Below are positions 9,079-16,847 of a DNA stretch of 20,000 bases, one piece after another; position 1 is the first letter of the stretch; each line of letters opens with the position of its first letter. This DNA is from an uncultured virus (IMG/VR IMGVR_UViG_3300022602_000070) (lineage: Duplodnaviria; Heunggongvirae; Uroviricota; Caudoviricetes): IMG/VR virus record IMGVR_UViG_3300022602_000070. One strand, 5' to 3'. The notes under the pieces were generated by a model that saw only the letters and a list, made by a program, of their open reading frames with translations, was not told where the DNA came from and ran no database searches. The position numbers and the translations under genes were made by a program.

Positions 9079-9648
9079 ATGCCAGATATTGACATCGACT
9101 TTGCTGACAGAACTCGAGCTTTAGAAGTTTTAAAGCATATAGATGCACGACTTGATACTGATAAAAAACATAATACAGGTGTGTACGTACAAAGCATACC
9201 ATATAATCCAGTAACAGGAATAAGTACAATAGAGTATAAAGAAGCTGAGGAAAGGGGTTATTTTAAAATAGACTTCTTAAATGTCAGCGTATATGAAGGT
9301 GTGAAAAACAAAGCACACTTGACACAACTATTGGAGACTGAACCGTTATGGGATTTGTTAATAGACGACAACTTCGTCAACTTGCTCTTTCACGTCAACG
9401 GGCATGGTTCTATCTTGAGACAAATGAAGCCTACCTCGATAGAACAGTTGGCCGCAGTTTTGGCTATGATTCGCCCAGCCAAACGTTATCTGATTGGGAA
9501 AGACTGGCCGACAGTGATGACGGAAATTTGGACGAAACCGGAAGGGGATGAATACTTCTTTAAGAAGGCACATGCTATTGCTTACGCACATGTGATTGTT
9601 GTACAGATGAATTTAATTTGTGAAAGTATTAGCTACGAATTCAGTTAA
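9079..9648 (+). CDS. dnaE: Miniature DNA polymerase III alpha (family C, DnaE)-like catalytic core
   Basis: MPDIDIDF, KHNTGVY, GYFKIDFL, KP.S.EQLAAVLAMIRP and YFFKKAHAIAY match DnaE motifs PDxDxD, HaaG, KxDxL, RPGP and FNKSH in order. Confidence 0.8.
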   Translation: MPDIDIDFADRTRALEVLKHIDARLDTDKKHNTGVYVQSIPYNPVTGISTIEYKEAEERGYFKIDFLNVSVYEGVKNKAHLTQLLETEPLWDLLIDDNFVNLLFHVNGHGSILRQMKPTSIEQLAAVLAMIRPAKRYLIGKDWPTVMTEIWTKPEGDEYFFKKAHAIAYAHVIVVQMNLICESISYEFS

Positions 9649-10019
9649 CGAGTTTTACGTACTAATTGAACACTTTTACGTTTTACTCGTTTTAAAGTAA
9701 GATTCATTAAATTTACAACCGGCCCTAAAATAACCCTAGTATCTTTGCTGTTAAATGTTTTAATAGCATACGCAAATGGGTGTATTTGATCCTTACAAAA
9801 TACATTTATTGGGAATTGACGATTTGATTCCCACCACCATGCTTCTCCTATTTCTAAAAAGCTAGTTTTCTCTTCAGGAGTTCGAAGTGCATTTAAGTCG
9901 TAAAAACTAGTGACAAATTGATCCTGGTTTATTATAATACCGATATATTCGGTTTCACCGTAGTTTAATACGCTGATAAAAGGTAAATTGTGTTCTATAT
10001 TGTCTCTTAGTTTTGCCAT
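9645..10019 (-). CDS. Hypothetical protein (124 aa, basic C-terminus)
   Basis: ORF converges on the dnaE-like gene with overlapping stops; preceded by TATAAATA on the minus strand. Confidence 0.75.
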   Translation of the reverse strand: MAKLRDNIEHNLPFISVLNYGETEYIGIIINQDQFVTSFYDLNALRTPEEKTSFLEIGEAWWWESNRQFPINVFCKDQIHPFAYAIKTFNSKDTRVILGPVVNLMNLTLKRVKRKSVQLVRKTR

Positions 10020-10024
10020 AAATA
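10018..10024 (+). promoter_or_regulatory. Late-type promoter element ATAAATA for the 10048 gene
   Basis: Matches 7 of 8 bases of T4 late TATAAATA, 23 nt upstream of ATG 10048. Confidence 0.5.
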
Positions 10025-10047
10025 CTATTATTAAAGGTTCCTGGGTA

Positions 10048-11145
10048 ATGCAAAAAGTTCAAAGTTATTTATATCCTAACAGAGTTATACTATTGGCTGA
10101 TGTGGCAGGATTCACTGTGGAGAACAAAGTCGTGTATGCAAGAAATGTAAAAATATATCGAGGTGTTGATAATGTCATAGAATTTGACATACAAAACGCT
10201 GACCAAAAACGTATAGACTTAACCACTCTATCTAACATAGAAGTTAATGTAATGGACTCCGGCGGCAAAGCATTATCTAATAGCCCATACGCTATTTCAT
10301 TAGTTACTTCTGCATCAGCAACAAACGCTAATGTTACTGCATTAGTTCCAGCATCGAAAGTTACTTCCACAACAATCACTATGCCTACGTCTGACATAAC
10401 AGGTACATTTGGAGTAGGTTATATTTTAAATGGCACTGGCATTTCCGGGCCCGTAGTAGTTAGCGGTGTTAGTGCAGATGTTGATAGCGCAACTACAACA
10501 TTAACTGTAACTTTTCCTAATCAAACAGTAACAGCTCGCACTAACATCAGCATAACTAATGTGGTCAAAGGTCTAGCTACTTGTACAATTCCAGCATCAG
10601 ATTTACGGGATTTGAACGAGCAATATTTAAATTTTAGCGTTACTGCTATGCAAGGTAGCAACACTATTCCATTGTATTGCGATAGCCAGTTTGGTGCTGT
10701 AGGAACTTTAGAGTTAGTTGGCAATGCAACACCAACATATCGTCCTAAAACAGTATACGATAAATTTGTTGGGGAAATTAATTTCTTAGGCAACGTTACT
10801 AATCACAGTCCTGCAATACCATGTAAATTCTACGAAGCTGAAGCAACACAGTACATGAATTTTGAAGTTTATCTAAATAATTTTGTCGGTAGCGTGTATG
10901 TTGAAGCTACAGAAGATATGAACATTTCTGTAAGTTCATTTTTGAACGCACCTCAACTCCAATCATTTACTTGTACTACTCCAACTACTACAACATTGTC
11001 TTTTAGCAATGTTCCAGTATCGAGCACAGGTGGCCAATACAACTACATGCGTGTAAGTTGGCTATATCCAGATGTTTGGCAATATGGTGGACAAGATCCC
11101 ACTGTTACTTACGGATCGGTTACCAAAGTTATTGCTTGTTCTTAA
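10048..11145 (+). CDS. Probable virion structural protein (beta-rich; N-terminus resembles baseplate/BppU-like Ig folds)
   Basis: IYRGVDNVIEFDIQNADQKRIDLT start, Thr/Val/Ser/Asn-rich, late-type promoter. ATG 10048 preferred to TTG 9988, which overlaps the divergent gene. Confidence 0.55.
   Translation: MQKVQSYLYPNRVILLADVAGFTVENKVVYARNVKIYRGVDNVIEFDIQNADQKRIDLTTLSNIEVNVMDSGGKALSNSPYAISLVTSASATNANVTALVPASKVTSTTITMPTSDITGTFGVGYILNGTGISGPVVVSGVSADVDSATTTLTVTFPNQTVTARTNISITNVVKGLATCTIPASDLRDLNEQYLNFSVTAMQGSNTIPLYCDSQFGAVGTLELVGNATPTYRPKTVYDKFVGEINFLGNVTNHSPAIPCKFYEAEATQYMNFEVYLNNFVGSVYVEATEDMNISVSSFLNAPQLQSFTCTTPTTTTLSFSNVPVSSTGGQYNYMRVSWLYPDVWQYGGQDPTVTYGSVTKVIACS
10066..10073 (-). promoter_or_regulatory. 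T4-type late promoter TATAAATA for the 9645..10019 gene
   Basis: Plus strand reads TATTTATA. The same GGATATAAATA context recurs at 15767-15777. Confidence 0.6.
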
Positions 11146-11160
11146 TTATTCTGCTATAAT
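11132..11160 (+). promoter_or_regulatory. Sigma70 promoter (extended -10) for primase, probably leaderless
   Basis: TTGCTT (11132-11137), 17-nt spacer, TGcTATAAT (TATAAT 11155-11160). ATG 5 nt downstream. Confidence 0.7.
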
Positions 11161-11165
11161 AAGGC

Positions 11166-12137
11166 ATGAGCCTTATAGCGGATACATTACTTACTTACTT
11201 ACCTGCAAAGCGTAAACACACTCCAAGCGGTTGGATTGGGTTTAATGCTGTCTGCTGTGATGACAAAAGACAGCGAGGCGGGTTCATTGTCAACGGCGGT
11301 GATGCAGTTAGCTATCATTGTTTCAATTGTGGATTCAAATGTAGTTGGCAACCCGGCAGACATATAAGTCAAAAAATGAATAAGTTCATGCGTGATTTAA
11401 ATATCCCGGATGATGTTATTGCCCAATTAAGACTAGAAGCATTAAAACTAGATCAAAATAATACAGCAGAAATTCGTAGTATCATTCCAAAGTTTGATGT
11501 TCGTGCTTTGCCTATGGATAGTCAACTTATTACAGACTTATTAAACGACCCTCCAGAAAAACTTATACCTGTATTAGAATACATGGTTAGTAGAAAAATT
11601 TATCCTGAAGAGTTTCCGTTTTATTGGACACCTAAAGTTGGATTCAGCAACAGACTTATTATCCCATTTTTATTTAATAACGAAATTGTAGGCTGGACTG
11701 CTAGAACTATCGGAGATGCTACTCCTAAATATTTGTCGGAACAACAACCGGGTTATGTGTTTAATTTAGATAATCAAAAGGACAATCGTGAGTTCGTAAT
11801 TGTTAGTGAAGGCCCGTTTGATGCGCTAAGTATTGATGGCTGTGCAGTGCTCGGAGCAGAGATTAAAGACAGTCAAAATTGGTTATTAAAGCAATTAGGA
11901 AAAGAGCTGATCCTAGTTCCAGATAGAGATCATGAAGGGCCTAAGACAATCGAACAAGCAATCGAATTAGGCTGGAGTGTTAGCATGCCCGAATGGCCTG
12001 ACGGTGTTAAAGACATTAACGATGCTGTAATAAAACTTGGAAGACTTGCCACTCTTTGGTTAATTGTTAGTGCAAAAGAATCTAATGAATTAAAGATTCG
12101 ATTACGAATGAAAACTTGGTTTAAGGAAATAAAATGA
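11166..12137 (+). CDS. dnaG: DNA primase (T4 gp61/DnaG-like)
   Basis: Zinc finger CC...HCFNC, RLIIP, G..AR, PKY, TOPRIM EGPFDA, PDRD..G, KD.ND. Confidence 0.9.
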   Translation: MSLIADTLLTYLPAKRKHTPSGWIGFNAVCCDDKRQRGGFIVNGGDAVSYHCFNCGFKCSWQPGRHISQKMNKFMRDLNIPDDVIAQLRLEALKLDQNNTAEIRSIIPKFDVRALPMDSQLITDLLNDPPEKLIPVLEYMVSRKIYPEEFPFYWTPKVGFSNRLIIPFLFNNEIVGWTARTIGDATPKYLSEQQPGYVFNLDNQKDNREFVIVSEGPFDALSIDGCAVLGAEIKDSQNWLLKQLGKELILVPDRDHEGPKTIEQAIELGWSVSMPEWPDGVKDINDAVIKLGRLATLWLIVSAKESNELKIRLRMKTWFKEIK

Positions 12138-12247
12138 AAAGATTTATTAACTGGTTGCTTGCACCGTATCGCAAGTACAAAGAAGATAAGGCGTATAAAC
12201 AACGCATCGAAGAATTGCGTAAACGTGATCCATATATCTACAAATGA
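12134..12247 (+). CDS. Small basic protein (37 aa, MKRFINWLLAPYRKYKEDKAYKQRIEELRKRDPYIYK), not in the ORF track
   Basis: ATGA overlaps at both ends (primase stop and carbamoyltransferase start); AAGGA RBS. Confidence 0.75.
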   Translation: MKRFINWLLAPYRKYKEDKAYKQRIEELRKRDPYIYK

Positions 12248-13185
12248 TACTCTGGGGCGTCAATGCATTAAATCACGGACATAGTATTGCTGTCTTTAAA
12301 GATGGCAAATTTGTCCATAATTATGTTGGTTCTAGTGATCAACTACAAAGTGCAACCACAGTGCCGGCACTAGGGTTAGGAAGTCCTGATAGAATTTTTT
12401 GGTACGAACGTCCATGGATTAAAAAGGCAAGACAAATTTATGCAGGACAATATCGCACAGCATTGAACTTGAATGTGTTACCCAAGCGATACATGAATAA
12501 TTACAAATATGCACCTATCACATATACTCCTCACCATGCTAGTCATGCTGCCGCTGGTTATTATACTAGTCCGTTTAACCATTGTGCAGTTGTTGTTCTT
12601 GATGCAATCGGAGAATTTGAGTGTGCCACAATCTGGGAAGCAAAACACGGTGAAATGACTAAAGTGTGGAGTCGTAGTTATCCACATAGTTTGGGTTTGT
12701 TTTATAGTGCATTTACAAAACTATGCGGACTTACTCCAATCAAAGATGAATACTTGTTACAACAAATGGCCCAGCAAGGTGACAAGTGGCGCTATTTTAA
12801 AGAAGTTAATAGTTACATAACTGGCACAGTTGATTTGAATTATAATTTCCACAGAGGGGTATTAAATTGGCCTTATCCCATTAATAATTTACAAGATCAG
12901 TGTGATATAGCGGCCGCAGTACAAGATGCATTTGAAGTACAAATCGGCTCGGTAATGAGCTTGGCAAAAGAATTAACGAATGCAGACTGTTTGGTTTATA
13001 TGGGCGGGTGTGCTATGAATAGCCAAGCAAACAAACGCTATGTTGAACCTATGTTTAAGTATCGTTGGAGTTTGCCCAACCCCGGAGATCCAAGCAGTAG
13101 TATAGGCGCAGTCGTGTATCATACCAAACAAAGAGTATGGGATCACAAGTGGGATCCTGTCAAACACATTGAGATTAACGTATAA
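12244..13185 (+). CDS. Carbamoyltransferase (NodU/CmcH/TobZ family), N-terminal Kae1-like domain only
   Basis: HHASHAAAGYYTSPF, VLDAIGE, YPHSLGLFYS, DIAAAVQ, GGCAMN..AN, PNPGD...IGA. Ends at 313 aa without the C-terminal YrdC-like domain. Confidence 0.85.
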   Translation: MILWGVNALNHGHSIAVFKDGKFVHNYVGSSDQLQSATTVPALGLGSPDRIFWYERPWIKKARQIYAGQYRTALNLNVLPKRYMNNYKYAPITYTPHHASHAAAGYYTSPFNHCAVVVLDAIGEFECATIWEAKHGEMTKVWSRSYPHSLGLFYSAFTKLCGLTPIKDEYLLQQMAQQGDKWRYFKEVNSYITGTVDLNYNFHRGVLNWPYPINNLQDQCDIAAAVQDAFEVQIGSVMSLAKELTNADCLVYMGGCAMNSQANKRYVEPMFKYRWSLPNPGDPSSSIGAVVYHTKQRVWDHKWDPVKHIEINV

Positions 13186-13197
13186 CGATAGTATAAT
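13169..13197 (+). promoter_or_regulatory. Sigma70 promoter for the helicase, probably leaderless
   Basis: TTGAGA (13169-13174), 17-nt spacer, TATAAT (13192-13197). ATG 6 nt downstream with no SD. Confidence 0.7.
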
Positions 13198-13203
13198 AAA
13201 CAT

Positions 13204-14625
13204 ATGGCACAAAATATAAATTACGGATTTGAAGTACAGAAATTGTACTTGGAAATGATGCTTAGTGACGCAGAAACATTCGTGCGTTGCCAAAGTATTT
13301 TTGATCATTCATTGTTTGATCGCAAGCTACAGGACTCGGCAGAGTTTATCAACAAGTACGTAGAAGAGTACAGCGTACTACCTACATTTGACATTGTAAA
13401 TGCGTCGACTAATGCCAATTTAAAGGTACCCGAAGGTGTTAAAGAAGCCAACTACGATTGGGTGTTAAATGACTTTGAAACTTTTATTAGACACAAAGGA
13501 CTCGAACGAGCAATCTTAGAATCAGCTGACTTGTTGGAAAAAGGCGAGTATGGTCCTGTAGAAGAAAAAATTAAAAAAGCAGTACAAATTGGTTTACAAC
13601 GAGACATGGGTACTGATTATTTCGAAGATCCCCGTGCAAGACTAGCAAGGATTAAAGATAAGAATGGACAAATATCGACAGGTTGGAAAAGTATTGACGA
13701 CAAACTTTATGGCGGGTTTAATCGCGGTGAGCTCAACATTTGGGCTGGTGGTTCTGGCGCTGGTAAATCCTTATTTCTCGCAAATCTCGGTGTCAATTAT
13801 GCTCTCGCTGGTCTCAATGTTCTTTACCTTACACTAGAGTTGAGTGAAGACTTGGTGTGTATGCGTATTGATGCTATGACCACTGGAATCCCTACGAGAG
13901 AGATTTTTAAGAGCTTGGATGATGTTGAAATGAAAGTTAAAATGATTGGTAAAAAATCCGGTCATTTGCAGGTCAAGTACATGCCAAGTGGTAAAACTGC
14001 CAACGACATTCGTGCGTACATGAAAGAGTATGAAGTCAAAATGGGACATAAGATTGACGTATTACTAGTCGACTACATGGACTTGATTATGCCTTTGAGC
14101 AAGCGTATTAGTGCTGAAAATTTGTTTGTCAAAGACAAGTATGTAAGTGAAGAATTGCGTAATTTGGCAGTGGAAAAGAACTGTGTGTTTGTAACTGCGG
14201 CACAGTTGAATCGTGGCGCTGTTGAAGAAGTTGAGTTTGATCACAGTCACATTTCAGGTGGATTAAGTAAGATTCAAACTGCGGATAACGTGTTTGGTAT
14301 CTTTACAAGTCGTGCTATGCGTGAGCGTGGACGTTATCAAATTCAGCTGATGAAGACACGTAGTAGCAGTGGCGTTGGTATGAAAATTGACTTGGAGTTT
14401 AATATTGATACACTACGCATCACTGACTTGGACGAGCAAGATGGTTATGGCAATGGAGCTGCCAGTGCTGGTACAACATTGCTCAACAGTATCAAGCAAC
14501 GTCAAACAATTACAGCAGACACAACTGATCCAACAGAAGGTGCGGCCCTGCCCAAAGTTAGAGCCGAAGTTGCCAGCAGTAAATTGAGAGAGTTGTTGAG
14601 TAATTTACCTGGTGATGATATATAA
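13204..14625 (+). CDS. dnaB: Replicative DNA helicase (T4 gp41/DnaB family)
   Basis: STGWKSID..LYGG..RGEL, Walker A GGSGAGKS, TLELSE, VDYMDL, TAAQLNR, TADNV, MKTR. Confidence 0.93.
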   Translation: MAQNINYGFEVQKLYLEMMLSDAETFVRCQSIFDHSLFDRKLQDSAEFINKYVEEYSVLPTFDIVNASTNANLKVPEGVKEANYDWVLNDFETFIRHKGLERAILESADLLEKGEYGPVEEKIKKAVQIGLQRDMGTDYFEDPRARLARIKDKNGQISTGWKSIDDKLYGGFNRGELNIWAGGSGAGKSLFLANLGVNYALAGLNVLYLTLELSEDLVCMRIDAMTTGIPTREIFKSLDDVEMKVKMIGKKSGHLQVKYMPSGKTANDIRAYMKEYEVKMGHKIDVLLVDYMDLIMPLSKRISAENLFVKDKYVSEELRNLAVEKNCVFVTAAQLNRGAVEEVEFDHSHISGGLSKIQTADNVFGIFTSRAMRERGRYQIQLMKTRSSSGVGMKIDLEFNIDTLRITDLDEQDGYGNGAASAGTTLLNSIKQRQTITADTTDPTEGAALPKVRAEVASSKLRELLSNLPGDDI

Positions 14626-14680
14626 TCAGTGATTTTTTTCGAGAATAGATAAGTACGTATATAACAGCACTGGAAAAAAA

Positions 14681-15124
14681 ATGGAACTGCAACACATTAG
14701 AGATATCACTGACCCGTTAGTGAGGATCATCAAAGATGATCCCGTGCGTCCTCATATACCTCTTGAACAGCGTATAAATGATGCCGCAGAAATATTAATC
14801 CTCAGAGCAGGAGAAGAAATCCTCGCGGCCACTTGTATGCAGTGGTTAGACAGTGTACCCGAATCTGAAGAAGATTTGGTTAGCATGGGCAAGGACAAGC
14901 AAGTAGCCGTGTTTTATACCATTTGGAGTTATGCACCCGGTGCTGGTGCTACACTACTAATGCAAGCGGCTGAATGGTTAAAATCTGAGTACAAGGATCT
15001 AAAAGGTATTGTTACGCTCAGTCCGCAAACACCCACAGCTAGACGTTTCCACTTGAAAAATGGCGCTAAAATCCGCAAGGAAAACGCCACTACAACCAAT
15101 TACGAATACTACTATAAAGAGTAA
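14681..15124 (+). CDS. GNAT-fold acetyltransferase-like protein
   Basis: FYTIWSYAPGAGATLL (motif A-like GxGxxL) and T.TARRFHLKNGA (motif B-like). GATAAGTA late-like element at 14648-14655. Confidence 0.6.
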   Translation: MELQHIRDITDPLVRIIKDDPVRPHIPLEQRINDAAEILILRAGEEILAATCMQWLDSVPESEEDLVSMGKDKQVAVFYTIWSYAPGAGATLLMQAAEWLKSEYKDLKGIVTLSPQTPTARRFHLKNGAKIRKENATTTNYEYYYKE

Positions 15125-15153
15125 ATTTTTCGCATCAAGTATTAAATACTTGC

Positions 15154-15414
15154 ATGCGAGATGGAATATTTTACTTGCCCGAGTATCATAATTTTAGCCA
15201 CATAGCCACAGTTCCGTGGCCGCATATTCACCAAGATTATCAACAAGACTGGATAGAAGCCATAACCACACTGGAAACTTGGCTTAACCGTTATGCCGGC
15301 AGTCATTACAGTGAATGGGCCTATAGTCAACAGCCCGCACAAGAATACTGGCACGCCTGTGTGGCATTCAGACGTGCCCAAGCCAAAACTTTCTTTTTAC
15401 TAACCTGGGGTTAG
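15154..15414 (+). CDS. Hypothetical protein (aromatic-rich, 86 aa)
   Basis: TAAATA (15143-15148) lies 5 nt before the ATG; converges on the 15411 gene. Confidence 0.65.
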   Translation: MRDGIFYLPEYHNFSHIATVPWPHIHQDYQQDWIEAITTLETWLNRYAGSHYSEWAYSQQPAQEYWHACVAFRRAQAKTFFLLTWG

Positions 15415-15734
15415 TCAGCGGCTGGCGGTTGAGCTGATGGAGTAATTTGACTGGCCTGTGTGTTCATATCAGTAGTGTGCGCGGCAATAGCGGCACGAAA
15501 CTGTTGAGCATCAGATTCAGCTTTGGCAGCCGCAGCCATGGCAGCATCAGCGGCAGCCTTGTGCAAATCACGTGCTCGTGCCAGAGCAGTCTGCAGGTCC
15601 TGTTTTAATCTAGTAACTTCAGCGTTGGCATCTAAGGCGGCAGTTCTTGCTTGGGCAAACACTTGACTTATGTCTGCTTCTAAAGTAACTTCGGCTCGTT
15701 CGATAGCTTGTTCAGCTCGTGTAAAGAATCCCAT
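15411..15734 (-). CDS. Ala-rich coiled-coil hypothetical protein (107 aa, MGFFTRAEQ...)
   Basis: AAGGAG RBS before ATG 15734 and TATAAATA upstream; the track start at 15779 would overlap the promoter. Confidence 0.7.
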   Translation of the reverse strand: MGFFTRAEQAIERAEVTLEADISQVFAQARTAALDANAEVTRLKQDLQTALARARDLHKAAADAAMAAAAKAESDAQQFRAAIAAHTTDMNTQASQITPSAQPPAAD

Positions 15735-15766
15735 TATTAGCTCCTTGTATAATGTGCTAGTATTTG

Positions 15767-15774
15767 TATTTATA
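15767..15774 (-). promoter_or_regulatory. T4-type late promoter TATAAATA
   Basis: Plus strand reads TATTTATA, upstream of the RBS and ATG 15734. Confidence 0.65.
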
Positions 15775-15804
15775 TCCAAGTCGGAGATCCAGGACCACCA
15801 TTAG

Positions 15805-15847
15805 AATTCGCGAAGCGCCGCGGAAAAAATTTCTAATTCGCGAAGCG
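15805..15847. repeat. 13-bp direct repeat AATTCGCGAAGCG x2 (30-bp spacing) with palindromic TTCGCGAA core
   Basis: Copies at 15805-15817 and 15835-15847; partial CGCGAA at 15861-15866. Confidence 0.9.
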
Positions 15848-15903
15848 AAAAGCGGTAAAACGCGAACTAGCGTTACCAGCTCCTAAGCCACTAAATACAT
15901 ATT

Positions 15904-16596
15904 ATGAGACTACGAGAATTCTTCAGCGAAAACTATGCAACCAACACCGGCCTAGGCATGGGTAAAGAAAGGCACCAGGATCAACAGTTACTGGAACAGC
16001 CTTCAGAACAAGTACGTCAACTACAGCAACAGTTACTGGATCTTGGTTATGATTTGGGACGTTATGGCCCCAAAGGCGATGGCATTGATGGCTTAATGGG
16101 CCCATATACACAGGCCGCCTTAGATGCTTATAATAAGAAAATCCCCCCGGAACAAGTCGCTAAACCCGACGCTACAGAGCTAGATACCTTTGATCGCAAG
16201 CATAAATCCTCGGGTAACAACTCAGGTGGATTACCTGCACAAGGTCCTATTACTGGCGAGTATAATCGTATAGTACACATGCCCGATGGCTCAATGGGTC
16301 ATCATCCTGGAGTTGATATTGGCGCACACGAAGGCAGTGATGTCACTAGTCCTGTAGATGGAAAGATAATATTTGCTGGTCCTGCTAACACAGCTGGTAA
16401 CTTGATAGAACTCATGGGCACAAACGGTGAAAAACATCGCTTTATGCACTTGAGTAAGATATTGGTTAAAACAGGTGAACAAGTGGATAAAGGTGATGTT
16501 ATTGGACTAGTGGGCAATACTGGCTATAGTCACGGAGCACACTTACACTGGGAAAAATACGCTAGCAATGGCAGTCAAACAAACCCTATAGCATAA
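15904..16596 (+). CDS. Peptidoglycan-binding domain plus M23 family metallopeptidase
   Basis: VRQLQQQLLDLGY...DGLMGPYTQAAL (PG_binding_1); HPGVD (HxxxD), HL, GNTG.S.GAHLHWE (HxH). CTAAATA ends 6 nt before the ATG. Confidence 0.9.
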   Translation: MRLREFFSENYATNTGLGMGKERHQDQQLLEQPSEQVRQLQQQLLDLGYDLGRYGPKGDGIDGLMGPYTQAALDAYNKKIPPEQVAKPDATELDTFDRKHKSSGNNSGGLPAQGPITGEYNRIVHMPDGSMGHHPGVDIGAHEGSDVTSPVDGKIIFAGPANTAGNLIELMGTNGEKHRFMHLSKILVKTGEQVDKGDVIGLVGNTGYSHGAHLHWEKYASNGSQTNPIA

Positions 16597-16649
16597 AAAG
16601 GGTCCTGCACAAGAGAAAAAATTGTGCGCAAAAAAAATTTGGGAAGTAC

Positions 16650-16847
16650 TTACAAAATACTGGGATCTACTCTTGGACAGCAGTCTGCAAAGCGTAGTAG
16701 AAACTCTGTTAATAAACTGCCTTCTGGCACGGTAAAGCGTGTACGATTCAAGTGTATGTCCAAATCAATCAAATCCTTGTGCTGAAATAACCAAGTGAAC
16801 ACTTCCCTAGCACGTGGATCCAGCGTGAGTATATAGTATTGATTCAT
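16650..16847 (-). CDS. Small hypothetical protein (65 aa)
   Basis: ATGA-type overlap with the upstream 16844..17050 ORF. Confidence 0.6.
   Translation of the reverse strand: MNQYYILTLDPRAREVFTWLFQHKDLIDLDIHLNRTRFTVPEGSLLTEFLLRFADCCPRVDPSIL

Noticed and set aside
8750..11735. TAAATA hits inside coding regions (near 8757, 10874 and 11726)
   Set aside because: Expected by chance in AT-rich DNA and not positioned before start codons.
825..14587. Many 60-125 aa antisense or alternate-frame ORFs inside SSB, uvsX, uvsW, dnaE-like, primase and helicase genes
   Set aside because: They are shadows of well-supported genes, with no RBS, promoter or motifs.
15805..15866. Possible CRISPR mini-array
   Set aside because: Only two 13-bp repeats with a 17-bp spacer, too short for CRISPR, and no cas genes.
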